Shown here: in pieces, positions 1-12,706 of the stretch
Position numbering within the stretch: position 1 is the stretch's first letter
Layout: each line of letters opens with the position of its first letter
Assembly: GCF_036321535.1 (NCBI RefSeq)
Contig: NC_087436.1
Span: forward strand, 32,056,001-32,120,000
From: Camelus dromedarius
Lineage: Eukaryota
Reading direction: 5' to 3'
DNA length: 64,000 nucleotides
Notes under the pieces: generated by a model
What the model saw: the letters and a program-made list of their open reading frames with translations, nothing else
What the model was told of the DNA's origin: nothing
The model's database searches: none
Program-made: the position numbers and the translations under genes

Positions 1-366
1 TGTTATAGAAGGAATTGTGTCCCCCTGAAATTCATGAGCCAAACACCTAACCCCCAGTATCATAGTATTTAGAGATAGGGCCTTAAAAGAAGTAATTCAG
101 GTCATAAAGGTGGGCCCCTAATCCAATGTCTTTATAAGAAAAAGAAGAAACAACAGAGATGCCCAAGCACAGAGGAAAGAACAAGTCAGGACACAGAAAG
201 AAGGCAGCAATCTGCAAGCCAAGGAGAGAGAACTCAGGAGAAACCAAACCTGCCAACACCTTGATCATGGACTTGCAGCCTCCAGAACTGTGAAAGAATA
301 AATTTCTGTTGTTTAAGCCATCCAGTCTGTGGTATTTGGTTATAGCAGCCCTAGTAGACTAATACA
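1..366 (+). mobile_element. MaLR solo LTR (MLT1A-like)
   Basis: TG...CA ends (tgttata...aataca). Typical MLT1 motifs: gaattgtgtcccc, cctgccaacaccttgatcatggacttgcagcctccagaactgtga, aataaatttctgttgtttaagcca. Confidence 0.9.
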
Positions 367-737
367 TACACCTTCATCTGTTTCACATATAACTTCCCTG
401 CCCTGGCTCAACCTGCTACCTGGATCCTATGCTACCTTGGATCCTAACTGTCCTAGAGTGCTTGAAACCTGGAGTGGCAAGTTTCTAAACCAATGCGCTG
501 TTCTATTTGGTTATCATGGAGCCCTCTAGGAATACTTGAACAAGCTGAAGATGATCCAAGGCAGTGTATTTCAAATTCCCTATGGTGAAGAACCAGTTTT
601 CCCCCATTCCTTTGCTGACAGATAGATAATCTTACCATGTTGAGTAGGCGGCAGCACCCACAAGCAACTCACTGTGCAAATTTAACAACTCTATTCAACA
701 GTGTCTCCTGATCAGGTGTGCAGATATGGCAGCCAGG

Positions 738-936
738 CAGTGATGTGCTGGTAAGTGTTCAGCCCCTGATTCTTGAGGGTGGGAGGAGTCCTGATTTGTA
801 GCATTTGCCCATTTGTAAGATAAAAAAATTTCCTACCACGACTGACTTCAAGCTACCTACTTGAAGTCACTGAGCCACAGAGATGCGAAAAGATGCCCAA
901 AATTGGCTCTCTCTAACCACCTCCAGCACATCACAG
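738..936 (+). mobile_element. MER63-like non-autonomous hAT DNA transposon
   Basis: Terminal inverted repeats cagtgatgtgctgg / ccagcacatcacag. Internal cctgatttgtagcatttgcc and ttcaagctacc match the recalled MER63A consensus. Confidence 0.8.
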
Positions 937-2007
937 TGGCAATGTAAAATTACTAAAAGGTTTCTAAATACTTACTGTCATTTTTATACTTAATTCCTTG
1001 CAGAAGGCATATCACACTTTGTGTAACACTGACCCAAATTTTTTAAGTGTAGGAGTCCCCAAAGAGGTCCCCTCAAGTCCATTAGCTCACTATTTCATTA
1101 AGATAAACTCCAGACCCACAAAGTTCTAAGAAAGTATTTTCAGAAAGGGCCTATTTACCCCAAATGGTATGAAAAACTGGTAGGAGCTCAGCTCTTGTCT
1201 TCTATCCCTCTTTTTTTCATCCTTCTAGAAATATTATCTCAAAGACCTTCTCCCTACCTCCTCTTTTACTTTTTCCCTTTCCTTGTCCTCCCTTTCCTAA
1301 AGTATTTTTCTTCCATTTCCAACAGTCACAAGCACAACCTTTCCAATGGTCCACTCTTTCTCCTATAACTTGGCTTTATTGTGGGGATGGGATGCTAGTC
1401 TTTGTTATAGGAAGCAATGAGGGGATTAAGCCACTCAGACAACTCAAGGGTAGAACCCAAAGCAGCCAGAAGATTTAAAGGGCCTACAGGATTAAAGGCA
1501 AAAAATGGAGAGTTATGTTAGCCTTCTTTAGCCTTGTTTTCCCAAACCCAATTCAGCTTTGTTATCTTTTCTTTTCTTTCTTTTTTTTTTTTTTTCAAAC
1601 ACAGAGCCACCCATTAGTAGAACAGCCAAAGCCTGTGGCATACAGAACAGTGATTGGAATGGGAGTGATCAGCACTGAAGTCCAGACAGGAGGTAATTAG
1701 GGCTGACCTTGGGAGGTGGCCATGAGAATAGAAACAAAAACACAGATACAAGCCATAAAGCCATATTCTGAAGTAAAACCGACAAGATAGGATCACTGAT
1801 TAGAGATAGAATAGCAGGGGCAGGGGAGGAAGATGGTGCAAGGTTTTGAACATGGACTGCAGCCAGATGAGTCATCCTGGAGCTCAGATCCAATTGAGTT
1901 ACTCAAATGAGAAAAAACCTTGGATGGCTCCAAGCTCACCACACACAGAAGAAAGTCTAAATTCCAGGACTGCCACAATTCTGCACCTAATTATCAGCAA
2001 ACTTGGA

Positions 2008-2760
2008 CTCATTCATTCATTCAGCAAACACTTATTGAACAGCTATTATGTATTTTGCTGGATCAGGGAGTCAGAAGTGGGGGGAAGGTACAGTTCCTGA
2101 CTTTGATGAGTTCAGAGCCTAAAGAGGGGTAGCCTTCAAATAAATCAATACACATATGCTGAAGCTCTGTCCACAATGTTATCTTCATTGGAAATCCATT
2201 TATTTATTGACTGAGTGCTTACTCCACGCCAGAGATTGCTCTTGGCCCTAGAGATCCTGCCGAGTTACTTCTACTCATTTCCCAATCAGACCTGTGGATT
2301 ATTGATTTCAGACTGTCTGTGTAGAGAGCTAGGCCAAAGGGAACCTCAAAGGGTAAAGACTGAATAAGAGAAGAGAACCAACACCAGATTCTTGGAGTAA
2401 TGCCTAGAGTTCAAGGATTAAGAAAAGGGAGAAGAGCCAGAAGTGGCCAGAGGAGTAACCAGAGAGGGAACAGAAAAACAAGCAAGTCATAGAAGCTAGG
2501 AGTGGAACGTTTCAAGAATAAAGAAGAATTTGAACTGTGTTCAATGTGGCTGAAAGGCTAAGGGAGAGAAGACTGAGAAAGACACCCCACAGCCACTCAT
2601 GTCAGGTGATAGATGGAAAGAAGTTTGTGATGAGGAACACATCAAGGATGCACAACAGAGCAAGGGCGAGGGGCTTTATAAAGACTCTGGAGCAGGAACT
2701 GGGAGGGTACAGAATTTGTGGACACAAGTGAAAAGGTTGGCCTTAGAGAGAGGAGAGACA
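2008..2760 (-). mobile_element. L2 LINE fragments (decayed)
   Basis: cattcattcattcagcaaacacttattga is the reverse of the L2 3' tail, followed by purine-rich L2 body-like sequence. Confidence 0.65.
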
Positions 2761-2834
2761 ACACTTTCCCCAAGACCAGAAAAAAGGAAAGGACAGAAGA
2801 CTATGTAGAGACACAGCGTAGGAAGTCATAGAGG

Positions 2835-3020
2835 CTGTGAGGGTGTTTGAAGTCAGACAATCCCACCTTTGAACCTCATATCTGCCACTTACTTTCTGCC
2901 TTTCATAACAGGCAAATGGCTCAAGCTCTCTGATCCTTAGTTTCTTCATCCATAAGATGGATATAATAATGCCTTTCTCATATGGTTGTTGTGAGAACAC
3001 ATTGAGAAAATATATGTGCT
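2835..3020 (+). mobile_element. MIR SINE
   Basis: Core-like ctctctgatccttagtttcttcatccataagatggatataataatgcc...ggttgttgtgag. Confidence 0.8.
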
Positions 3021-3678
3021 GCCAGTTTCCCCCTTGCCTTATCAGCTCATGTACATATGAGGTCACATAAATAAATTCACTGGCCCTCGTCCCTATCTGT
3101 TCACACAAGATGGTGACCCTCGTCAAAGTACTTTTGGAAAAGTGCTCATGAGTGGGCCCACCTCACTGATCTCCAGGGAGTCAGCCAAGACTCTGCTGTC
3201 CCTGCAAGATCCTGGAACAAACAAGATGCCAAGTCCAAACATGCTGCCTTATACTACAGTCCTGCTGAAACAGCCTTTTCAGGTTTTACTTAGTCTTTCC
3301 TCAACCCAGCCTCCACCACTCTCAGTCTGTGCCTGGATTGAAACCTGAGGGAAAAGCACCATGCTATACCTCACATTGTCCCTCCTCTCCCACAACCAGG
3401 TTTGAATTAGGCTCTGGAAGTCTCTCTGTTCTTCACATGAACACATTTTTTGGTAGGCCCACCCCATTAATTTGCTAAACACCTGCTGATATGTATCAAT
3501 CCCAATCTAGACTACAGTACACCCTGGCACACAGCACAGGCTCAATAAAAGTTAGGTCTCTTTCTCCCTGAATTCAGCACCATGGTTTTATTTATACTTC
3601 TGATTTGCAATGTCCCTTCTCCCATCCTCAGTCACATTTGGGTTTGACCCAGGTACACAAAGACTTGGTCATACTGTA

Positions 3679-3885
3679 GAATGGTGAGCTGGTAAACATT
3701 TAGCAACCAGCTCTCCGGGAAAAAAAAAGCCTGATTTTGCAGTGTTTGCCAATTTTCATTGTGTCAACACTCCCACCACAGCTGGTTCCAATCTACCAGC
3801 ATGACATCAACCACCTTGCAAAATTCCTGAAAATTTAACAGTCAGTTCTCTCAAGCTGGTATAAGCTGTCTCCGGCATACCACTC
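3679..3885 (+). mobile_element. MER63-like hAT DNA transposon (second copy)
   Basis: ggtgagctggtaaacatttagcaaccagctctcc...gcctgattttgcagtgtttgcc...ctccggcataccact, similar to 738-936. Confidence 0.75.
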
Positions 3886-4459
3886 AGCTGGTTACCTGGA
3901 AGTCTTGGTTAGTAGCGTATTGAAGCAGCTCTGAAGTTTCTGTCCATTTAGAAAAGCCCCATGCATGTCCAGCGACTGCTTTGTAAAGACAACATCCCAC
4001 CCCAGCTACACTGCAATGGGGATGAATTGCAAAGGCACTAAGTCTCATTTAGGGATCATCACTATTTTCATGTGGTTTGAGAAATGATTGTGTTTAAATG
4101 GCATTTTGGCATTTTGAGGGAAACAGACACACCCTGATGGGTGAAATCTCAGGGATGATCAGTGAACAAAAACACTGTCACCAAGTAAGTAAACAGTGAC
4201 AAGTTTATAAGATGCTGTTGGCAGTAGCTGGATTTCTCAGTGCTGAACACTTGAGTTGGGCATGGTGGGAGCGGCTGGTTAGCCATTTGTCAGGCAAAGT
4301 CAAAACAGCCCTCCAGCTACAGCACAGACGGCAGACTGCAGCTCGTCAGCATTTTATTTATGACTCTTAATTAGCAAGCAAAAAACAAGGGAAGAAGTTT
4401 CCAGCTTGGGATATACATACTTATACGTATATATTGCCCAGAAATTATCTTTGTCAAAA

Positions 4460-4672
4460 TAATTTAAATCCCCACAACCCTGAGAAGTAGATATAATCTT
4501 TATTTTATAGACAGGAAACTCCATCCTGGAAGGTAAATACAATTATTCTTATCTCGCCAATGAAGGCTCAGAGAAGCCAAGTGACTTTTCCAAGGTAACG
4601 CAGCTAGAACATGGCAGAACTGGGACTAACAATATTCAGACTCTAATGCAGAGGCTCTTTCAGTCACACCAT
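4460..4672 (-). mobile_element. MIR SINE fragments
   Basis: aatcccacaaccctgagaagtag...attttatagacaggaaact and ggctcagagaagccaagtgacttttccaaggtaacgcagct. Confidence 0.75.
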
Positions 4673-5329
4673 GGTTAGCTCTCATCTGGCACGTCATAGT
4701 AATAGCCCATTGACTTGTATTAAAAAGAGAACTGACTACCAAACTCATTATATTGGTGAATAAACTTCTTGTTCTTATAGTTAGAATTAATTCTTTGGAG
4801 GGAGGGGAATTATTGAGTGAGTAAGGAATGTAGGACGAGTGAGTGAGTTTGTCAACTCCTGCCTGCTTTTGAAGAACCTGGGGTCTTGCTCTGCAACCAA
4901 CAGTCTAATCAGGCACAGGGCAGGAGTAAAGCATGGATCCTCACAGCCCAAAGTGACTCTGCTCTTTGGAGAAGGAGTGTTTGAGTTGTCAGGCCTTCAG
5001 GTGACTGTGACACATAGGAAGCATCAGAAGCACGATGAGGCCTGGAAACGATACACATGTGGGATCGTTTACATCAACCATCTATCTACAGATGACATTC
5101 AGAAAGGGTTGAGCTGATAACTTCTGATCGTTGATTTGCCAGGAAAAAAAAAAACCTGATACTTACATAATATATTTTTAAAATTTTTATTGACATGAAT
5201 TATTTTTACAGGTTTATTTTGGTTTTTAATTCCTGTGAAACCCCCAAAACAATGTATGTCTATTTAGTCTCAGGGGTTCCATGCCTCAGTAAAGAACAAA
5301 CTAGAAGGCAGCAACTTCCAAGCTCTCTA

Positions 5330-5660
5330 AGGAGGACACTACTGTTTCTGGTTCTCTCCTCTGGTAGGGACAAGGCAGAATGGAACTTCTCCATCCCCTT
5401 GAAGATCAGCTTGGCCATGTGACATACTTTGGCCAATGAAATATGATCAGATGTAAAGTGTGTCACTTTTGAGTGGAAGACTTAGTTAAGTGTTAGCACA
5501 CAATTATCCATGCTCACTCCCCTCCTGCAGTGATCCCGGCAACACATGCTGAGATGACGGACTATCTGCTGTTAGGTCCCAGAGTCTCTCTGACAGAAGA
5601 ATCTTTACTGAGTTTTGGAAGCTATCGTTACCACAGCATAACTTCACCTATCCTAATAGG
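5330..5660 (+). mobile_element. Old MaLR/ERVL LTR fragment (MLT1 or LTR16 type)
   Basis: ggccatgtgacatactttggccaatgaaatatgatcagatgtaaagtgtgtcactt and gttaccacagcataacttcacctatcctaa are typical old LTR motifs. Subfamily uncertain. Confidence 0.6.
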
Positions 5661-5944
5661 AGAGAACTGTTTGGTAAAAGAGGAAGTTAACTAAGAGGAA
5701 AGTCAAAGGCTGAAGACTCCTAGACATTTTGAATCCCATTGAAGACTGGGGTATCTGAGTGCCAGAGAACTCTTGTCTCTAAGGTGCTGTTCTTCGGAAG
5801 TGATCAAGAGAATGTGGAAATTGGAAAGTTGGTCAAAATCAATCTGTACCTTCAGATTTCCAAACAGATAACAGGAAAAGATCTAGACTCCTTGAAGCCT
5901 AATAAGAAATCTCCTGAGCTGCACATAGAATTGAGATTGAGTGC

Positions 5945-6075
5945 AAACAACTTAACAAATATCTATTGAGGGCCCACTCCTTGTATAAGACTATGTTTGA
6001 CATTGCAGGAGATGCTTAGGAGTACAGAAGCCCCTTCTTTCTTTCAAGGAACTTACAGTCTAATTAGTGAGCTCA
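5945..6075 (-). mobile_element. L2 3' fragment
   Basis: aacaaatatctattgagggcccact...ttcaaggaacttacagtcta. Confidence 0.65.
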
Positions 6076-6439
6076 AACTTAACATTAGGAAACATTAAAT
6101 AATACATTTTTTTTAAAAAATCAGATAATGATAAATGTGATGCCACAAAGCAGTGCAATTAGTGACCAGATTCACCATAAATGGACATTCCTATAGATGT
6201 GCTGAAGGGACTCAACCACCACTAAAACCTAACCATAGTTTGCACCCTGTTTCATCCTTACACCCACAGTGAATAGACTCCTATCAGTACTTTATGGCTG
6301 AGACTGGCTACAAGTAGAAGAGATGGAGGCAATGTTCAGGCTCTCCTGAGGCACACAGCAGAGAAGAAAGAGCTCCTCAGGTTCTTGGTTGCTCAAATGG
6401 AAGTAAACAAAAGCAGATAAGCTGCCTCGTGGGGCCTAC

Positions 6440-6478
6440 CTGGTTTTGCCACATGCCCTCAGTGGAACAGCGAAAGGA
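6440..6478 (-). other. Candidate 39-nt exon (unverified)
   Basis: Minus strand reads ttttttggccttcgcctttgcctttctctag|TCCTTTCGCTGTTCCACTGAGGGCATGTGGCAAAACCAG|gtaggc. Confidence 0.25.
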
Positions 6479-7278
6479 CTAGAGAAAGGCAAAGGCGAAG
6501 GCCAAAAAACTGCAGCAGCTATCTGGCCATCATACCTTGTGTGCCCTCTCCGCCCCTGCTCCGGATGGCTTGGCTGTAATAACCAGGGATGCTGCCAAAT
6601 CACTGGGCAACAGGTAAGTTGCTCATTGCTGCATATACTGTGGGACCTAGGGGTAGCACCTAGAGGTGGCACTTGAGAATCTGCCTTCAGATTACAATAT
6701 ATGACAGATCTTATTAAGGAAAACTTGATTATAACAAGGAGACTGGAATCTAATCCAACCACTCCCCTCCCCCAAACAAACCTGTGCTGTAAAAAATCTC
6801 ATGACATCATGGTTCAAATGAAGGTTCTATTCCCTTTTCTCCAAGTCTCTGGAATCACTGAAGATTGAGTGTAAATTACCACCCTGAAATGCATTCTCCA
6901 AGCTGCATGACTGAATTTCTGCAAAAAAGAAAAGAGGTAAAGAGTTCATTTTTTACCAGGGTGTAAGCAACCCACAAGGGCAGTAGTACCCTGACATCAG
7001 GACATCTAGCATTATCGAGCCTAAGAGAATCCTGCTGCCCTTCTTTGCATGGAGAAAGTGGCAAAATGTCAGTCAGTGCCTTTCATATCCACAGCCCTCC
7101 TGAAAGGAACACCTGTGCCCACTGTCTAGGCTGGGGAGCACCCTGAGCAGGCCTTTAATAAATTAAAGTGACTCAAGGACTCCCAATCACAGTCAGGCTC
7201 AGCCTCTGGGAAGTGGTCAGCCCTCCAAAGCTCAATCAGGGACAGGGACTATGTGATTATGTGATTAAGCCAATAAGA

Positions 7279-7492
7279 CTCTTCTCTTCTCCTCTTTCTT
7301 TCTTTCTTCCTTTCTTTCTTCCTTTCTTCCTTTCTTTCTTCCTTTCTTCCTTTCTTTCTTCCTTTCTTTCTTCCTTCCCTCCCTCCTATCATTTCTTCCT
7401 TCCTTCCTTTTCTTCCTTCCTTCCTCTCTTCCTTCCTTTCTCTCTCTTTCTCCCTTCCTCTCTCCCACTCTCACTCCTTCCCCTTCTCCTTC
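7279..7492 (+). repeat. Polypyrimidine low-complexity tract (TTTC/TTCC)n
   Basis: About 210 bp of almost exclusively C/T, directly visible. Confidence 0.95.
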
Positions 7493-7697
7493 TGGCAATT
7501 GAATGGGAAATACAGGGAACATGGTCCTTGAGTCATCAGTGGGAGTAGAAACTGAAAAGATGTATTCAGAGATCATATGTCACATAGGAAAACTATGGGA
7601 CAGAGAGTATGAGAGTGCCAAAGCTGAGACTAAGTTAAAGAAATGAGCTACTGAAAAGGCGCACAGAGCTGAAAGCTAGGCCAAGTTGATGGCTGCA

Positions 7698-8481
7698 ATC
7701 ATTAAAAAGCCCACAAACGATAAATGCTGGAGAGGGTGTGGAGAAAAGGGAACCCTCCTACACTGTTGGTGGGAACGTAATTTGGGCAGCCACTATGGAA
7801 AACAGTATGGAGAGTCCTTAAAAAAAACCTAAAAATAGATTAACTGTATAATCCAGAAATCCCACTCCTGGGCATATATCTGAAAGGAACTCTAATTCAA
7901 AAAGATACATGCACCCCAATGTTCATAGCAGCACTATTTACAATAGCCAAGACATGGAAGCAACCTAAATGTCCACTGACAGATGACTGGATAAAGAAGA
8001 TGTGGTGTATATATATATACAATGGAATACTACTTAGCCACAAAAATAATAAAATAATGAATGCCATTTGCAGCAACATTTCTGGACCTAGAGATTATCA
8101 CACTAAGTGAAGTAAGTCAGGCAGAGAAAGACAAATATCACATGATATCACTTATATGTAGAATCTAAAAAAAATGACACAAATGAACTTATTTATGAAA
8201 TAGACTCACAGACATAGAAAACAAACTTATGGCTACCAAAGGGGAAAGTTAGGGAATGGATAAACAGAGTTATTAGGAGTCTGGGATTAACAGATACACA
8301 CTACTATGTATATAAAGTAGATAAACAAGATCCTACTGTATAGTATAGGGAGCTATCTTAAATACCTTGTAATAATCTATAACAAAAAAGAATATATATA
8401 TATATATATATATATGGATCACTGTGCTGCACACCAGAAATTAGCACAACATTGTAAATCAACTATACTTCAATAACAGAA
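7698..8481 (+). mobile_element. 5'-truncated LINE-1 (ORF2 C-terminus plus 3'UTR)
   Basis: ORF 7919-8110 [19 protein letters not shown]...WIKKMW is the L1 ORF2 C-terminus. Degenerate TSD aagttgatggctgca (7683-7697) / aagttggtgcctgca (8482-8496), 13/15 identical. Confidence 0.95.
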
Positions 8482-11400
8482 AAGTTGGTGCCTGCAGTTG
8501 TGGTGGACATAGAAACCAAATCCCTATGATAGATAGAGTGGGTACAGGAACTCCCATGACTGAGCTGTGTTCCAGCTTCCTTGTAGCCTCCTGAAGACTA
8601 GTTTCCCATAGGAGTCCTGTCTCCCATATCCTGCCAACCAAACCCCACCAGCAAAGTTCCATCAGTGTGTCCCAACCTTGCCCTCAAACTAACACACAGG
8701 CAGAGGACCAGGCTCTAAAGATACTGGACGTTGGCCAGTCTAGACCAGCCCTGATGCTTCCTCACCCATGTCACCCAAAGCCTTCATCACAGGCATTTGA
8801 CACATAGCCTGTCAGGCTACTTACTTACTTGTGCAGGCTTTCACACTGTCTCAACAGCTATTTGTTCTGTGGAGTATTTTTAGCATGAGATAGAGGAGGG
8901 GGCTTCAAGAATAGTTGGGGGAAGAAGAGACGTGCTCTAGTGGGGAACAGTGTCACATTCTTGAAGCTCTGTTAAGTGCCTTGCACAAACACATGCTCCA
9001 AAAAACGACTGTCGATGATGCTGTCTTAATCCCAACTTCCTGTGTTTATAAAGACAAGTACAGGCAATTGAAAATGAGGTCTCAGGGGATCCCTGACAAT
9101 TGAAACTCTTCCTCCCTCAGGGAGCACAAACAAGGAAACACATAAGTGTACTCATGTGGTCTTCATAGAAAGATATCACATAGCGTCGAAGATTTCAGGG
9201 AAAAAATAAGAAGAGAAAAACCTTTTCAAATTCATTTAAAACAATCCGTGCATCTGTTTCCTGAACTCTCTGGAAGAACCAAGATGTAAAATGCTATATC
9301 TCCCTTCCATCACTCCCCCCTCCCTCTCCGTGCAAACTGGCTTTCAGGTGACGCAATGATGAGACCTCTGCGGTATGCTCTGAAGAGATGCAGCCAGCCA
9401 ACAGAGCATGGGGTGCTGCCACCTCTTGGATGTTCATAGCCAAAGCAAGTCTCTGTCCCAGAAACGATGAATTTCGGTGATATCATGAAATGTTAACGGG
9501 CAATCTGTTCTGAAATAATTGCTCAGTGTGTTGGCCTCCTTTTCCATTTTAGAATTTCAAAGGCATTGCAGGCCTAAAGCAGTGCCAGCCTGTTAGTGGT
9601 ACCTACACTGATTAAATCTAGCCCATCACAATCAGAGCTACACAAAAGCTCTTTTTCTCAATTAATAAAATGCAATTAATGGTATCATTGAAAAACTCCT
9701 GCCACTTCAACTTAGAGCTAGTTAGAGCTTTAATTTAGAGCTGTGTGTAAATTTTAGGATATGCATTTTTTAGCTGACATGATTAACAGCATCTAATTTC
9801 TGGGATATGCCCAAATTTCTGTAGAGAAAAAAGCATGTTTACCAGAAACATACACAATAATGACAGCTTTCTTCCCCTTCCTTCCCTACACATACACACA
9901 CACAACACACAGAAGCTCATACACTTGCAACCCAGTTCAATTCCAGTTATTCAGTGACCACACTGTCTCTCTCACCTGTGGGAAATCTGGTATGTCGACA
10001 CTGGAAATAACTAGGGTGCTGTGAAGTAGGATATGAATTCTAAGACCTTTATTGCATGATGGTCCTTTTGAAATATTTATATTGATCGGCCCAGTTCCTG
10101 AGAGGAAATAGGTTGTTTCTCTTATTCTCTAAGGTATAGGTCATTTGAGCAGTTGGGTTGTCATTTTTTTAATCTCCACATTTCCCTAAGGATAGTGAGA
10201 GGATGATTTAAACAGCAACATTAGCTGCTTTAGGCTAGATTCTTGAAAGCTCCACCAGGGGAGTTAAAAGCGCAAATCCTGTTATTGTTACAGGATTAAT
10301 GCACAGAAGTCCCAGAATACCACTTTGGAAATGTAGCCAAGGAATATTATTTTAATGTACTGTATGCTATTTTTAGACTCAGCTATAGCCCAATTATCAG
10401 CTGGCATATCAAAAAATGAGACAAGACAGATAGCTGTCTTTAATCCAAAATTCTAATGAGGTTTTTGGTGTTTGTGTTTTTTTCAAACTTAGAAATCTGG
10501 ATATTTGGAGGAAAAAAGTACAAGATAGAAACTACAGCAGCTACCTCCTACCTGCTCTGTTGCTATAGAGGCTGCTACTTTGAGTACTGGTTCTACAGAA
10601 TATTTTAGCATTTTTTTTTCCTAAGAGAAGCAATTGGTAGGCAAAGGAGGTATTGAATTATGGGGACCTCTTGACCATACCATAAAAAGTTGCAACGCAA
10701 TCACAGCGTACTAATAACTTCAAGGCAGCAAGTCAGGGTTCCTGCCATTAGTCATTTCTATTTCTGCATTTACACATCTTAGATTGTTGTTCAGAAATAA
10801 CTGTCTGCAAAAGATCTTCCTGTTGGAGTAACTTTGCTTCCAAGTTTCCCTGTGGACATCAACCAATGTTTATTGATTCTCTAGATGCCTGCTGTTGGGT
10901 TTTATTAAACTGGGTGTGTTGTTACCTTTTAGCCTCTGAGTAACCACATAGATTGGCAATGACCACATCACTGTCTCTAGTCTGCTGATGACAGCCCCCA
11001 GAAGAAGTTCTGCCTTTCCATTAGTCAAGAAATACTCTACACCAGTAGTTCCTCTCACTGACTTTCAAATTCCAGAGTATCTTCTGTTATCTCAAAAGGG
11101 ATTATATCTTTCTAAAAAGGACAAGCACATTTGCACAGATCTGTTTCTGTGTGGGGCATGGTGATGGGGCATAATACCACTTCAATAAACTCTGGGATTT
11201 CACTATGTCACTAAGGAAGGTTTCACTTGGAACTCTCCCTCTCTGGCCACCAAGAACCTGCAGATCCCAGAGCCATCTCAGCAAACAGAACTGAAACTTT
11301 TTTGCACCACCAGTGACTGTCAGCTGTGACCTTGCTTTTCAGAGCAGTCAATGAGGAAGATTAAATGAGTAAAATTCTAAGTAGCATTTAGCACAGTGCT

Positions 11401-12170
11401 TGGCATATTGTAGGCTCCCTTGAGTTAGGGAAGCAGCAGTGGCACCAACAATTTTAAAGATTCATCTTTTATGTTTATAGGCATTTTTCAATTTATAAAA
11501 TTATTTTTGTACATTATCTCAGCAGCAATACAGCAATGAGCCTTGGGGTGGGTACTCATGCGTTTAATGTGGAGTTAACTCAAGTTACATGTCGGCTTTT
11601 CCAATGTAGTTTGTCCATGGAGGTTGGGCTAAAAATAGGACTGGAATGAAATCCTCCATTTCAGTTTCTGGGGCATCGTTCATATCATAACCACTATTCA
11701 TCTGTGTTTCATCTCTGAAATGGAGTGACTGGATTCTAGACAATCTAAAATCAGAAAAATGTTCCCAGTTATATACTTGAAAAAATTTTAAACAGATTAA
11801 TTCTTATGAATATCTATTTTTGACATAACTCAATAAATTAGTCACTATGACATACATATTTTATGAACAGTTCCTCCTCTTAAGGAACATTTAAGAACGA
11901 TTAGAATGCTTGTGTACACCTATGTTCTACCAAGAATACAAACTTACTAGCACCTAGCACAGCAGCATACCTAATATCTTGTGATTCCTCTTACTCGTGA
12001 AACAAGTACATAAATGAATAAACACTATAAGTCACTAAAGATGAAGTTCAATGTCACTAGGTACAAGTAGAAGAGTCTGAGAACTTGTTGCCCCTTCTAT
12101 AAAATGGGGGGACCGGCACTGCATTGGAGGATTATTATAAGGATAAAGTGAGACAATGTATGTGAAGGAC

Positions 12171-12706
12171 TGTGGTAGGCAGCCTTCTAAAATGGCTCCC
12201 AATGATCCTCGCCTCCTGGTTTTGACACTGCGTATAATCCCCCAGCCCATAAGCATGAATTGGGGGCATATTTCTAACTAACAGAATAAGGCAGAGACGA
12301 TGGGATGTCACTTCTGTGATTAAGTTAGAAAAAACTGATGTCTTTTGCTAGCACTCTTTCGCTGGTACTCCTCCTTAACCCTCTCACCTGTGAGAGTCTC
12401 ATGTGTCCAGGGACTGAGGGAGACCTTCAACTAAGAGCTTGTGAGAAACTAAGACCTTAGTCCAACAGCCCACTGAACTGAATCCTGCCAAAAACCACAT
12501 GAGTGAAGGTAATTCTCCCTTCATCAAGCCTTGAGATGACCACAGCCCTAGGCAACACCTTGAGTTTATGAGAGACCCTGAACCTCAGGACCCAATCAAG
12601 CCGCATCAGGACTCCTGATCCATAGAAAATGGGAAATAATAAATGTTGTTTTAAGGTGCTCCATTTTGGGTAATTTGTCCTGCTGCAGCCATTGGTAACT
12701 GATACA
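12171..12706 (+). mobile_element. MaLR solo LTR (MLT1F/G-like) inserted in a MIR
   Basis: tgtggtaggcagcc...aataaatgttgttttaag...gtaactgataca. Flanks aggac/gggac (4/5 TSD). MIR sequence on the left (about 12060-12170). Confidence 0.9.

Noticed and set aside
7168..7576. 126-aa and 103-aa ORFs on opposite strands
   Set aside because: They are translations of the CT/GA simple repeat.
9356..9515. C/D box snoRNA (ATGATGA ... CTGA)
   Set aside because: No terminal stem or recognisable rRNA guide, and the motifs are too short to be informative.
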